This document shows positions 50,629 through 64,000 of a stretch of DNA of 64,000 nt, in pieces. Below the pieces are notes generated by a model. That model was given only the letters and a program-made list of their open reading frames with translations. It searched no databases and was not told the DNA's origin. Each line of letters starts with the position of its first letter. Within the stretch, counting starts at the first letter, position 1. The stretch covers positions 248,001 through 312,000 of the forward strand of contig NC_090601.1 in assembly GCF_000497125.1 (NCBI RefSeq). The letters are read 5' to 3'. A program made the position numbers and the translations under genes. This DNA comes from Spironucleus salmonicida. Its lineage: Eukaryota.

Positions 50629-51612
50629 ATGAAATCACTGCTTACCCCGCTGCACTCTATGCTTACAAATCTAAAGCCAAAAATTGGGTCACCAATTACT
50701 ATCACAGTAAAGCCTTTATTCAGGACCCTCCAGCTTGCATTGTCACTATTTTCCACAATAGATAATTATCCTAAAACAAACCAAATTTTTGACCTAGGTC
50801 TAGCATTTGACCCAGACACGGAGCTATATACACCATAAGCTCAATTAACCCTACATTTTAACGAAAGTTTTCGGAAACTCCGTCTTTCTAGACATTTTTA
50901 AAATGAGCTTATTAACGCTGAATTTGTCGAAACTGCAGATGTAGGATTTGCATAATCAGAAGGGAAATCAGGATTACTATTTTTCTTCTCAGCTACGACG
51001 CGTTTCCTACTCAAACAGATTAAAAATTCAGAGCTTGCAATTCTCACCAAAATATCTCGAGAATACTGCGATCATGTATGTCAAAACTCATTCATAATCC
51101 CTTACTATACCGTTTTCACTCTTAAAATAAACGGCGAAAACTATCACTTTACACTTATGGATAATGCATTTTTAGGCGATATAAAGTATAAATATGACCT
51201 AAAAGGCTCAACGGCAGGTAGAACTTCCAAGCCCAACGAATCGACCATGAAAGATAACAATTTAGACCGGAAATTCTCTCTAGGCCTGTACCGCCGCGAA
51301 TTCGGCCACCAACTCGCCAGCGACATCGAAAAGCTTACCAAATGGGGCCTCCTGGACTACTCAATGCTGATTGGGGTGTTCGCCGGAGACAGAAAAAACT
51401 ACTAAATTCCAGTGATCCAGAGCATTCAAATAAGCGAAACTGAGTACATTTCATTCGCAATTATCGACATTCTGACGGTGTACACGCGCCGGAAGACCCT
51501 GGAGCGTTTTTTCAAGCAGTTTACGAGCGATCTGAAGCAAATTTCGGCTCAGAAACCGCAGGTGTACGGGCAACGGTTCGAGGAACGCATGCTGCGCGTC
51601 TTTGCAAAGTGA
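50629..51612 (+). CDS. Phosphatidylinositol phosphate kinase (PIP5K family), 327 aa
   Basis: SEGKSG.FF, YDLKGST..R, KDNN, LDYSMLIG, IIDILT.Y, ISA..P..Y..RF. Confidence 0.92.
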
Positions 51613-51625
51613 TGTTATCGCCAGT

Positions 51626-51949
51626 TCAGATTTCCTCGAGGTCGATCACGGCCCCCTGCGGCAGCGCATTCGCTGCAGTTTCGCGCTCCCAGCGAAGCTT
51701 ATCGCGCGCGACGGTTCCGTAGATCGTGGAGGTTCTGCGCGCGTGCCGGGACAAGATTTTTGGGATCTGCGATTTCGTGATCAAAAGGAGGCTGTTTTCA
51801 GGTTCGGGGGCGGCCTTTAGCGAAATCCTGTCAGTGCCGTAAACGACCTTTTGGGTGATGTTTTACGTCGTTTTCGGCCTTTTGATAAGCTGCGTTTCGG
51901 GGCTGTTCAGCTCGAATTGGACCGACTCGAATTACGTGGACTTTTTCAT
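51626..51949 (-). CDS. Hypothetical protein, 107 aa
   Basis: Open frame convergent with PIP5K, 13-nt gap. Confidence 0.55.
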
Positions 51950-52113
51950 TGCGAATCTGCGGGTTAGAAAAACTAAATTAGTGAAATATAAAGAATTGTT
52001 GTTTCTCGAAAAATAAAAATAATATATATTGTATAATAATATGAAATATGTTGAATGTTTATTTATATATATAATAATATATAATAATAGGTGACTAAAA
52101 ATCAAATTCTAAA

Positions 52114-53268
52114 ATGCTAATTCTTTTACAGGTAGCTTGCGAAATAGTTGATGGAATACTAGATGACCAAGAATGCGAATTGAGTTAAATAGATGCTAAG
52201 ACCAATTTTCTTATGATATAAAATTCTTTAGTAAGTGTTACGTCTCTTTCGCCAATTAGTGTTTAACTTTTGTAAATTTATAACTCCACTTTTTTATATA
52301 AAACATAAATTACTTAAGCTATTACTATTTTTGTGGCAACGATTGCCGCAGATATAAATTTTGTTAGGGTTGATTTCCATTTAAATCAATAATAAGCAGT
52401 GTAAACAACATTTATTAAATCGCCAATACTTGTATCTACTAATATTAGAATCATTATAAGAACAGATAATTAGATAGATTTAGTATTCTCTAATGCGGAT
52501 AAAGGCTCCATTTCAAATGTGTATTTATAGTCAAACAAAGGCAATGCTGTTATTGACTAATTAAAGTTTGTATATAAAACTGCAGATAGCATATCTGAAA
52601 ATGTGGAAGTTCCTCCTCTAAATTTTATTATAATCCACCCAATTAATTATAGTACGAGTTTAGAAAAATACTACAAATCTGAAGATGTTGTTTTGCTGTG
52701 TAATGTATCCAGATTGTCATAAGAATAAAACTTTTGTAATTTCGATGTTCTATAATATTAGGAGCTGACTAACTTGTAACAGAAATATATAATTTACTTA
52801 GAAAGTAAGTCTGGTCGCTTTATTTTTATAGCGCTTGATTTATCCATTTTAGACGAAATAATTAAATGTGAAGGTATATATATACCATAATCTAAACTTT
52901 GTTAATGTGGAAAAGCAGCAACATTATTTAAAGGTGATCAGTGTGTATGCCCTCCAAATTTTAATAACGATTGTAAAAGATGTGAAGGTGAGTTTTTACT
53001 AAGCATTAGCCAAGAATAATGCTAATTAAAATGTCAAAGTTGTTAAAGTTAGTGCTATTATGATGGTTCTGCAGGTGAGAAAATAGTTTGTTTGTGCGGC
53101 CTAAATTAAAAGTAAATTGGAACTACATGTGTAGCGAGCAATTTATAAGCTATAAGAACAGGCTCACTTATTGCTTTTGGTATCATCTTTATTATACTCA
53201 TTATAACGGTGATTCTTTTATCATAAAAAAAAGAAAAAGATCACAGAATGTGGAAAGAAAATTAGTGA
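52114..53268 (+). CDS. Cysteine-rich type I membrane protein, 384 aa
   Basis: Hydrophobic start, CxC/CxxC cluster before the TM segment GSLIAFGIIFIILIITVILL, short basic tail, AGTGA end. Confidence 0.75.
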
Positions 53269-53411
53269 TAATCTTATATAATATTATTTGTATTATAATT
53301 AGCTATTGCATTTCATAATTTATTATGTCGATGAAGTCAATTCTGCATATTTTCCCTCCCCAGCCATCACATTTAAAACAATCATCCAGTTAAGCTTATC
53401 ACAATGTTTGT

Positions 53412-54851
53412 ATGCAAATTACGGATTATTGCACAAAAACAGCGAATCTTTCACTATCGACGCCACTTTTCAAGCTACCAGCTTTCTCAACAATCCCGCA
53501 AACGAATGACCGCTTTGTATTCGACGAGATTCTCTGCGAACCCCAACTTTTTGCTGACATCCACTCCCCAAATACTCCCCAAACGCTGTAGCCTAATCCA
53601 ATCCAAAATTCGATTGACAAAATAGCCTCAAAAATCGTTTCCTAGGCCCACCACGGTACCTGTAAGCTCATTATCAACTATGGTTCGGCGTGCTCAGGGC
53701 ACGGTATACTGGCGTTCGGCACCTACCCATAAAATGACCCTCAAATCGGCCTTGTATGGTCTATTTTGGACGCACTTAGCGACTGCGAAATCCGGTGCTT
53801 CTCACTCGAGAATGGAGGCAAGATTCGCGATCTGTTGGACGACACACAGCTCGGGACAGTGCTGAAGCCCAAGACGCAGTTCAACCTCATCACGCCGGAA
53901 ACGCTAAACGTGGATCTGTGCGGTCTTCAGAACACGACTTCCGGCCGCCTTAAGCTCGCGAATTCGCTCCACCAAAAGCGCCGAATTTTGGCCAAATATT
54001 AGCGCTTCGACCGAGTGGTCGACCGCTCTTCCGACGAGCAGTTTCCGATTCTCCAAAAAATCCACTCACAGCTCGGCCCACAAAACCACAACCTGGCGCT
54101 CGATCTCACACCCACAACTTTCGTGCTGTTATCGCCCAAAAATCGTCAAAATTCACAGATTTTGCTCATCGATTTCCCTGCTTGCTGTGCGAATTCCGGG
54201 CTTTAGGGATACACACTGAGTCCTCGAATGCACGAAAACTTGAAGATTCCGGTCGAGCTGAAAAGCTGTTTTCGGAGTGGTGCTAACTCACGAAATGGTG
54301 TGATTTCACGTGTTCTCGGGGGCTGTGTTCCGGGCATTTCTGATGGTGAAGTGGTGTAGATTTGCAGCGTGTAATTGAGCGATTTCGAGCGTGTTTCAAG
54401 TGGTCAAATTTTGAGAATGGCTGGAATGTTCGACAAGAACGTTGTTGAACGATTTTTTGATGGTTTTGTGGCTGAAAAAAATCGAAAACGCGTCGAATCA
54501 AGTTTTAGTAATTAATAGATATAATAATAAGAAAAATAATTTACTTTTAATTTTGATCAGATCGAAAATTTTGACCAGGATGAAAACAGCATTATTGGGA
54601 AACACGGGTTTGATTTTAAGGATGCTACAAACCGTAGCATTGGATATAGCAACGACGAGACGGAGATAGTCGAAAAAATTGATATCTAGAGTTTAATGAC
54701 TGCTAAGGAATTATTGAAGGACGAGAGCAACGACGATGTGAGCGATGGAGATGATTGGGCTACTAACCTATTTAGAAGCAGTGAATGGCAGGTAGAAACC
54801 CAAGGAATATTAAAAAAAATGAAGATGTTCTTAGACTCGATCCAGATATGA
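53412..54851 (+). CDS. Degenerate kinesin-motor-like protein, 479 aa
   Basis: Kinesin motif order FVFDEI, NYGSACSGHG (P-loop position), KIRDLL, LIDFPA (DLAG position), VLGG; catalytic residues lost. Confidence 0.5.
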
Positions 54852-54882
54852 AATATTATATTATTTATTGTATTAGAAAAAT

Positions 54883-55890
54883 ATGATGGATGTCGATGAT
54901 TATGTTTCTCCTTATAAGCTAGATAATGAATAAAATGTACCAACATAACACAGACTCTTTTATCATTATTAATAAGGATCATTTTACTGTTATGGATGTA
55001 ATTCTGCGTATGAAACAAATGAGTATTTTGAAACGGTTTAGAAGCGTTAGATTATTTTTCCATTTCATACTTAAAACACTGATTGGTTCTTTTATCAACC
55101 AGTACATCTACATGGTTTAGTCTTAGGGGTAATCAACTAATCACTATATTTAATAAATAAACTACATATTGGAAAAATAGCAGATACCCCTGAGCACTAA
55201 GGGTAGCCTTTGTTTGTTTACGAAGATAGATTATGTTTTATGTCTAGGTAAATAACTTTTTCATTTGATTTTTAAACTATGTGCTTCAGATAAATGGACT
55301 TTCCAAAAATGAATTGTTCCCATGTTTTTGGTGTGAATAACTCACCTGCGTTTTATGACTCTGGTAGGAGAGTTATTTAAACAATGTAATTTGAACTTCC
55401 TTGTTAGTAATTATTATTTTGCTCGAATAATCTCGCATTAACAGTATAAAAGAAAGATAAGCGATAGATATGGACATTATTGAATTTATAATAAGGAATT
55501 ATTCATGAAATCGAAGATTATGAAGTATTAGATATTAATTTATCCTAATTTACTGTGTAAGGTAATAAATCCGGTGTACGATTAGAATAAGCTAGTATAT
55601 TTTCTGGGTTTGATGATTAAATATGGTATGATATTGAATTAGTGACACTTGTAGAAGGTAGAATATTTAATAACAATAATCTGGTAGATATTTGGGTAGA
55701 TAATATCGAAAATATAGACAAAATATCTGATGAAATTAACAAATAAAATTTATGGATGTAAAGACTGTATGGTCTAGAAAAAGCATAGCAATGTAGATAA
55801 GTCAGTCGAAAATGGATATAAGAAATGAAAAACGAAGTATATGCCGTTGGGAAAGTTATTGCCCAGAGAATTATTTATGGTAATGATTGA
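54883..55890 (+). CDS. Hypothetical protein, 335 aa
   Basis: Open frame with TAR=Gln. Confidence 0.65.
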
Positions 55891-55922
55891 TATCATATAG
55901 TATTATTATTGGTATCTCAATC

Positions 55923-56255
55923 ATGGAGATTAAATATATGAGATAGCCTTAGCTGTAAAAAGTTTATTCATCGCCAACTAACAAATAGAATACTTAATTG
56001 TATAATTAACATACAAAGTCAATTATATAATCGATGAAAATATCATCTGATATTTATGATGACTTTGTTCCTATTAGAAGAAATTGCTGTTAACAAAAGC
56101 TAAATATTATTACAAATTATAAAATACGTTAAAATTAGATATAGGTTCCCTCTTTAGTACGAGGCACAGTTGAAAAAGAAGCAAATATAAGTAAAAGTAA
56201 AAATTAATCATAAATAAATTCTTCACACAGTTTTATTGTTTATTCTACTAAGTGA
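55923..56255 (+). CDS. Hypothetical protein, 110 aa
   Basis: Open frame ending in AGTGA. Confidence 0.5.
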
Positions 56256-56357
56256 TATAGTTTATTAGTATAAAAGTGAACTTATTTGCCCATTTCTTAT
56301 TTATATAATAAATAGCCTAAATTTATATTCATTTATTTATTATATAAAATCGATAAC

Positions 56358-56873
56358 TCACTTTTAAGATTTCATAGCATTCAATCTGCTATTCCATGCT
56401 ACGTTAAGACCTGGTTCCTCCAAAATTGAATTAACTAAAATAAGTCTCTCATTGAGTTTTCTATCGTTAATCCATAATAGAGTTTTCTACTCCTAATTTA
56501 GTAAAACTGTACAATTTGTTGTTTTATGTGCTAATATATCTAACAGATTTCTTGGTACAACAGCTAAACCCTTCCTATTCACAAAATGAAAAGCAGAATA
56601 AATAGCAGAGTGAGAATTCATCATAGAAATGAAGTTTTCGTTAGTAATTTTTATATCTCCCTCTTTGGGCTATTTAAACCGCAGACCGCTAATCTTTGTT
56701 ACTTCTACAGATGGTTTTTGAGTAATAACCTTAGGAATAATAGCTACCTCGCCATAATGAGAGAACTCACCAGAACACATAGGTTCGAAGTCTGATATAT
56801 CAAAGTATGATTCTTCAGAATAAATAGTAGGAGCTAAAGGAGTAACTTAGGAATCAAAAGAGCAGTTCATCAT
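56358..56873 (-). CDS. Hypothetical protein, 171 aa
   Basis: Open frame ending in AGTGA. Confidence 0.65.
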
Positions 56874-57829
56874 TTTGAAGTTATACGTAAAATGGATAAT
56901 GAAATAAATATGTTATTAACTTACTTATTTTATTTGTGGTTTGAGTATTAAATGAGGTAAACCTGATAAACTATATAAATAATATCAATATATATAGCAA
57001 TCGTTTATTTTACAGATAGACTAATTGCGCGTCAAATCTTTTTCAATTTACAGTAATCAATATAACAATATATTATAACACATTATCGAAATTTTGAAAA
57101 GTACAATATACTAATACTAGAAAATAAGGGTAAATATACATATAAGATGAATAAAATATTTTTACTAATTATATATTAAGAGGCAATATAAATATTTATT
57201 TTCCACTGTAGAGAAGAATAATAGGTTAATTTATTTGTAATATAACGTAGTACTGTAAAAAAATCATTCTTCTATTTCTATTATTTGTTAGTTCTATCAT
57301 ATTGTAAAGAATTAATAAGTATTCAAAAAGACTAAATTTATTATCTATTATTACGTTGCTATTGTTTCCAAAATGTAATATAACATCTAACATACTTTGA
57401 TGAATCCAACCCTTATTAACTTAACAATAATGCACTAAAAGTTATTCTAATTATATTAAACTGATTTTTATAGTAATAATATAATTGGTTTAATAAAATT
57501 TAATTTAAGTTGAGTCCAATTTAACCGTAAATTAATAGCTTATATAATTATAATTACTAGCAATTGGTAAAGAATAATAGAGTAACTTTTTAATATTAAA
57601 ATTGTAATTTACATCTCGTATATTTCCTCATCTTTACTTGTATAAACACTTACCATATTTATGATAAGCTATTATATAAACAGGATCTTTACTATTATTT
57701 CTTTATATAATTTGTTGGCGTACCATACTATACCTTTATGTTCTTCTAATCTTTTATCCTACTTATTTTACTCAGTGAATTCTCCCATATTATCACTCTC
57801 CATATATTTAGTTTCATTATATTGAACAA

Positions 57830-59395
57830 TCATATAATCCTGCCTTTTCCTTCTACTTTATACATCCCTTCCAGGACTTTCAATATTTTTTAACTCTCTC
57901 TACGCTCCTTACAGTACATTTAACGCAACGTTACTTTTTAAAGTTCTGAATCAGCGCCATCAATTTTTTACTGTCTAATTTTTTCTCTTTCATCTTCCAT
58001 ATATTAAGCTCTGTCGTGCATTATTTTAAGCTACTAGCCCTTATAGAAACCCTCTCCGAGATCATTGAAATTTAAAAATTCTTAAAGGCTGAAGACTTCA
58101 CTTACAGTTTTTATCTCCTTTTATTGAATGTCTTTAAATGTATAGGATTGCATTAACTATTTCTTGAAATCTGGATCTTTTTTCACTTCATTTACCTGCT
58201 AAATAACCTAATTAAGATGATAGAGCTATAACTGACCATCATATTTGGTTTAAGATTCAAGCATCTTACTGCGAACCCTACCTATTTATGAGTTAAGTAA
58301 AGTAGAATAAGAAAATTATTTCTTCTGATCTAAAAAATCATTTTTCGAAGCCTTTGCTTTCTCTTACATTTCTTCAATTTAATTAATTGTACTAATTTAG
58401 AGATCTTTTTACTTCTTCAGAATTTCTGAAAACTTTTTATTTTAGTTTGCACTTTTTTCTTTAATTTTTTCTGAAACTTCCGTTTATTTTATTTTTAGCT
58501 ATTTATCATGTCGTTTTTGAGCTAATTCTATTTCTACTTCTATTTATTTTTCCATTCCTTCTAAGTCTTTCATAAATTATTCCATAATTTCTTATATTTT
58601 TTCATGCTTCTCATTATAAAATTGTTTTATCTCGTCAGTTCGTACTTTTTATTTTTGTAAAATATTTGATTTTGCTCTATTGAAAACTTACTCTTTTTAC
58701 TGAATTAGCTACAAATTACTCTCATAATGTTGATTAGTTAAATTACGTCTTATTTCATGCATTTCTAATTCTTTTTAAGCTCTTGTCAATTACGTGCACT
58801 TAAGTTAATTTTATTTTTCTTAAATTTAATTTTGTAAAATAATTTCTTGCTGTTTATCTTTTTCGATATATTTTATCTTAATTTATCTTAGTTTTTAATT
58901 TAAGAATTCATTTGTTTTATCTAACTTTTATTCAAATGCATCTTTTTTCTCTTTATTTTCTTATTGTTTTTGTTTTTATATAATTCGTTATTTCTAGCTG
59001 AACTATACAAGCTAGGTTTATTCCTATATTTTTTTCTCATTATATCTTTATATTTTAAGCTGCTGTTTTTCATAAATTATTTATTGTGGATCTATACTTT
59101 TTATAACTCTAGAACGTGGCTCAAAGTATTCTATTTTTCGGTCTAAATTTTCCGTTAATTAATATGACTAAGTTTATGGAGCATTATCTAGTATTTATCT
59201 TTAATTTATTGCTTCTTTTATACGCTTATCTAATATTTCTTGATGCTTCTTAATCAACTAAGCCTAAACTGACGGAATTTTATGATATGGGCATTTAGAT
59301 GTGAAATCTTCAGCTATAAGTCCTAATTACTTTATTGCTAAAATTGATTTAGGTGATTTTGGGGGCAAACATGGAGGGATATCTAACAGTGACAT
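57830..59395 (-). CDS. Coiled-coil protein, 521 aa (possibly flagellar/cytoskeletal)
   Basis: ATG 59395 in frame with TGA 57832; E/K/Q/R-rich. Confidence 0.7.
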
Positions 59396-59466
59396 AAAAT
59401 TGTAATTTTATAATTATATTAATATATAATATATAATAACAACTAATTCTTTTCTTTTCTTGTTTT

Positions 59467-59844
59467 ATGTAAGATCTTGATGTTTTAGTTGATTACGACA
59501 CATCAAGCCTTATTAATTGCGAACATCCGATCCCAGATTGTTATTCTGGTGCTTGTTCATTTTATTCATAAAACTCAGGACCAATAACATTGATCACAAA
59601 TTTTTATAAAAATGTAGAAGTATCCCTCATCTGTATTTATCCAGGAGAATAGAATCAACCTACTTTTATTAAAATCAATGGAACACGACATTAGCTTATA
59701 TTTAGTGATGATGAAGAAAGTTAATATAAAATTTCTAAAGTTTAGGTTAGTTTTATTACAGAAAAAGTTATATGTGAATTCATTGGAAACGAATCTGTTT
59801 CTGTTAAGGCTATCAGATTTTATGGTAATAAATTAGAGGGATGA
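59467..59844 (+). CDS. PITH-domain-like protein, 125 aa
   Basis: DLDVLVD...LINCE, LITNFYKNVEVSLICI, PTFIKING and VKAIRFYG resemble the PITH pattern. Confidence 0.5.
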
Positions 59845-59981
59845 TACGTTACTGATACAATTATAGTTATTATTATAATATTTATATATAAGTAAGCACA
59901 TGATTGTTTTTTTTGTTTATTGATAAATTATAATTAATATATAATAATTAAATATAATAATTTTTATTAATGAATAACATT

Positions 59982-60515
59982 ATGACATCTAGAACGCCTT
60001 AGTCACAAAGCCCCATTAGGTAAAAAGAATCTGGAAAATTTTTTATCAATAAAACATAATTTACGGTATCATCTGATAGAAGCACTAATAGACCTCTTCG
60101 TACACGTCCAGCATTTGATAATTCATTTGATACTCCAGGTCGACCACAACCAATACTAGATCTGGCACCAGTACCACCTAGTCCATATTATTCTCGAAAC
60201 GCTATGAGGCTTACTTTAGAATCTGTTCATTAAAAATTTAGAAAATATCGTAATAAGCACATTTTTATTGACATGGGAGAATAAACTGAGAAACCTGAAC
60301 TATCTATCAGTCAAAAGAAAAAACTAGAACAATAAAGATGTTACTCTAATTACTGGATTTAACGAAGACATGAGGCTTAATTGCCACTTAGAGAAGGATA
60401 AGCTTGGGACGATTGTTTGCCTAAGAATATACCTAAACTTAAGTCTAATATAGGACGTTGTGGATTACGTCAGTATGATTAAGGATGGGTTAAGACAGAT
60501 AAATCTGTTGAATGA
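59982..60515 (+). CDS. Hypothetical protein, 177 aa
   Basis: Open frame ATG 59982 to TGA 60513. Confidence 0.65.
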
Positions 60516-60557
60516 CATTATTGATAAATTATGTTCAATCATTTATATATTTTATAA

Positions 60558-61244
60558 TCATACGTACAAATGGGTAACATTTAAAGGGCATTTATCTACA
60601 AATTCAGGTAATGCACTAACATAACCATTTTCCATCAATATTTTCACTGTACCTCTTACAGCTCTCTCATCGAAACCTCTTTCAATTAATTATTAACATA
60701 TTGCATCAGGGTCATACTCTTGAAATAGGCAATCACATATCCACTATCTCCATTAGTTTGGTACTAAACTTCTCATAAAACAAAATAGTTCTTTAAACCC
60801 AAGAATCTTAAACTATTCGTTAAATACTAATTTTAACATTTGCGCTTTAACTGAATCAATGAAATTTTCAGAGCAATTTTCACGTTCTAGAGCAGTTTCT
60901 ATGGCATCTTCAGTTATAAAACCTCTATGAATATAGGCACAGTTAAATTTAATATACTCTGCACAAATATTTATAATTGTCTGATACAAAAATGTTCCTG
61001 GTGGTGAGAGCCTCATTTAACGAAATATTTTATAATCAATTTAATGTGACTGAGATGTCTGCAAAAGTTCAATAAATATATCATTTAATTCAGCCGGAGA
61101 AGGATTTAACTTTAACATTTTTAACGAAGCTTTTAAATTATTAGGAGTTATAATATTCCGGCCTTATGATAGAGATAGGAAAAGACGATTTGAAACTTTT
61201 TCTGGCTCCTCATAAAAATATGAAATATCAGATAGCGCTGACAT
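60558..61244 (-). CDS. Hypothetical protein with degenerate EF-hand-like N-terminus, 228 aa
   Basis: IITPNNLKASLKMLKLNPSPAELNDI resembles the calmodulin segment LGQNPTEAEL. Confidence 0.6.
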
Positions 61245-61345
61245 TACTGATTAGGAAGTATTTAAATAGTTTACTGATAAAATATTATATATTTAGAATT
61301 TATAAAATAATCATTTATTGTATCTTATACTAGTTTTATTTTTAA

Positions 61346-62167
61346 ATGAACACTTATTATGACTTTGCGTAATAGTATAATATGACTTTTAAATATGAAA
61401 TAGATTTGATACTTAATGAAGATAAACCAATGCTACTGTCACTAGAAGATTCTTTATAACCAATATATGATTATGTTGACCTTACTGATAATTAAGCAAC
61501 AATTCCATTTTTTTATTATGATTATTAACAGTAATATAATAGATGCGGCTCAGCTTAAGATTATTAATCGGGTTCATTCTATTATATATATTAGTAGCAG
61601 TATAATAATGAAATAGTTTATGACAATTTAAGATCTGAATATAATCTTATTTAGATTCTTGAATCGTAAGCAGTTGAAAATATTTAAACTCCTTTATAAT
61701 TAATAAATACTCTAGACCGGAATATCTCACAACTCAAATAATAAAATTTTAAACAAGATAAACTATCAAGTAAATAGTATTTACATCGGTTTAAAGTTCC
61801 AAAATAAAAAAGCTTTCATTCATTAATACCAGCTAACGACCCTCCCAAACCAAAACCATACACATACTATTAAGGTAAACATCCAGCCCCTAAATAAGAA
61901 CATGTAATTTAAATATAGCGTTACTAAAATCAAAATATTTCATATTCACCTTAAAAAAATAATAAATTACATTATGATAATATTTCAAAAACCCTTAGTG
62001 AAATGGACAGTATTGAGCAGGAAATTATTAATTTTTGTTAAACAAATAACAAATTATCAGTTAAATAAAACAGAAGGCCGCTAGCACCTTGTCGAGGTTC
62101 AAACCATTTATCAGGGTCTGCCAATATGCAAAGAGTGCACACTAAACTGTAAGATATTGAATATTGA
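61346..62167 (+). CDS. Hypothetical low-complexity (Y/Q/N-rich) protein, 273 aa
   Basis: Open frame with TAR=Gln. Confidence 0.6.
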
Positions 62168-62791
62168 GTAATTCTTTAAAATATCTAGATTTTTATGCAA
62201 AATATTATCATTGTACTATTAATTAATTTACATTAGAATATTACTGATTAAATATAAAATTTTAGAATGAAATTATTATTATTTGGTTTATATTCATAAC
62301 AATGAATGTAAATATAAAACGAAATAATAGTGGTTTATTCATTTTCAATACGTTTAGTACCTTTAAAAAATTACATGTTCGGCTTAATGATACCACCATA
62401 TATTGCTAAAAGACTCCTGGTAAGAATTGATCTAAAACTTTATATGCTAATAAAAAGCATAAATGAGAATAATATAATTTTTTAGTGTGATTTATTAAAA
62501 ATTTCTAAAATTAATGCAATCTTCCATACTTGCATCCGTCTAACTACAATGAGAGAATTCATTCAATCGTGGTATTAAATGAGTATATAATTATTAGTTT
62601 ATTCTTAAAGAAGAAGAATATCGATTCCGTATATTCAACATTAAGAGTTAGAGTAATGAAGTTAATGTTTAGATATCAAACAATTACAAATACAATATAG
62701 TTTATATCATAGTAAAATACTTTAATATTATTTGAATATTTTAAAACTAGATTTATAATTATATACTTTAGTTTCATATAATATCTCAAAA

Positions 62792-64000
62792 ATGAAATAA
62801 ATATAATTTATCAAACAAAACAAATTCTAGTCTTTATCATAATATCTTCATAAGATTTAAACGCATCAATTAGTTTTATAGTAAAGACTGTCTAAAAATT
62901 TGATATTACCTGATAAAATTATCTTAATTCCAATGAATTAAATATAATTATATTACAAACATAATAATATGCTTTTGTTTTCTTAGATAAGTTGTATGAA
63001 TAATTATAACCTATTTTTTAGTTTTATTAAATAAATTTTATTTACTTTAATCACACTGTAAAGATTAAGTATCAAAATACCCAATTTATCACTGGAGTAA
63101 GTGTTTATTGATTCTTTCAATCAACCATACATAAAATTATTATCTGATGATTTAAATTAATAATTTTCTTATTTTAATTTTACGAACAATTTAGAATTAA
63201 CTTTTGACGAAGTATAATGTGCCAAATTTAATGAAAATGTGATCTAATTTTTCTAACTTTTAGTAAAATAGTTTTTTGAATAAAATATTTCAAATGCAAT
63301 TCATTAGTTTGCATAGCATTCAACATCTACTGCTTAGATATTTTCAATTGTGTGTTATATTGAAATCCTTTACTAAAAATCATAAATAAATAAAATTTTT
63401 CTTGTAAGAAACGTTTAATTTTTTAATTCATTAAATATGTTTTAATCATATTTTACTAAATAAGTAAGTATGTTTGTAAAAACAGAATTTTTCATCTCAT
63501 TAATCTATCATATTTAAATTAACTCTTTGTTATCAAAATAATTGTAAATAGATATAAAATAAGAAACTTTATAAGATTGTAATAAATACTAATAACTTAT
63601 TTCAGTAGGGTAATAAAGTTTTACAAAGCCATAAGTTATTTAATATTCTGAACAAATTGAAAATAAAATTATAATAATAACAAGTACTGAATATTAAATT
63701 TAAATTTTAGAGAACTAAATACATTCTTTTTATAAAAAAATTCACACTGACTATGTAGTAATTAATGTTACATCTTGTAAAGAATTAATATAATAAATAA
63801 TATAATTTTAATGTTAGTAAGATTTTCAAACAATTTACTCCAACGAGATTGATATAGATGAATTGTTTATACAACATTTACTATAATAAGATACATAAGA
63901 ATCTCATTAATTGCAAGTATTACTAAATCTAGATGAACTCACAACTTAATAGAAATAATAATATGACGAATTTGCTCTCCTAGGATAAAACTTATTTGTG
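62792..64000 (+). CDS. Hypothetical protein, 3' partial; N-terminus weakly resembles a pseudokinase
   Basis: Frame open to the window end; IKQILFTLITLQRLSIKIPNLSLEQVFID resembles kinase subdomain VI without HRD. Confidence 0.55.

Noticed and set aside
55977-55988. ACTAACAAATAG resembling a diplomonad fused branch point/3' splice site
   Set aside because: No matching GTAWGT 5' splice site upstream, and the surrounding ORF is open without splicing.
57297-57803. 168-codon minus-strand open frame
   Set aside because: No motif and very AT-rich; with a single stop codon such frames arise by chance.

Overview
Gene-dense, apparently intron-less eukaryotic DNA in which TAA and TAG encode Gln and TGA is the only stop. 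The supplied standard-code ORF track therefore breaks real genes into fragments; all CDS below were re-translated by hand with TAR=Gln. The code, the short AT-rich intergenic spacers, frequent AGTGA gene ends and an AccD-AccA-pyruvate carboxylase-biotinyl fusion point to a hexamitid diplomonad, probably Spironucleus or a relative (inference). About 40 CDS and one tRNA-Leu(CAA) are present. Recognisable products include alpha-COP, a P5A ATPase, TyrRS, MetRS, PIP5K, an M29 aminopeptidase, an M50 protease, and Skp1-, Vps53-, Prp9-, LSm- and SARAF-like proteins. The main structural feature is a 14.5-kb palindrome: two near-identical 5.34-kb inverted arms (27347-32689 and 36530-41872) around a 3.84-kb spacer carrying the transcarboxylase gene. 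The arms are GC-rich in an AT-rich background, GC steps up at the arm edges even mid-gene, and decayed homology continues past small indels at both ends. This suggests an old duplication kept identical by GC-biased arm-to-arm gene conversion. The left arm also creates a free-standing 66-aa biotinyl-domain ORF. Family calls come from motif recognition, not database searches.
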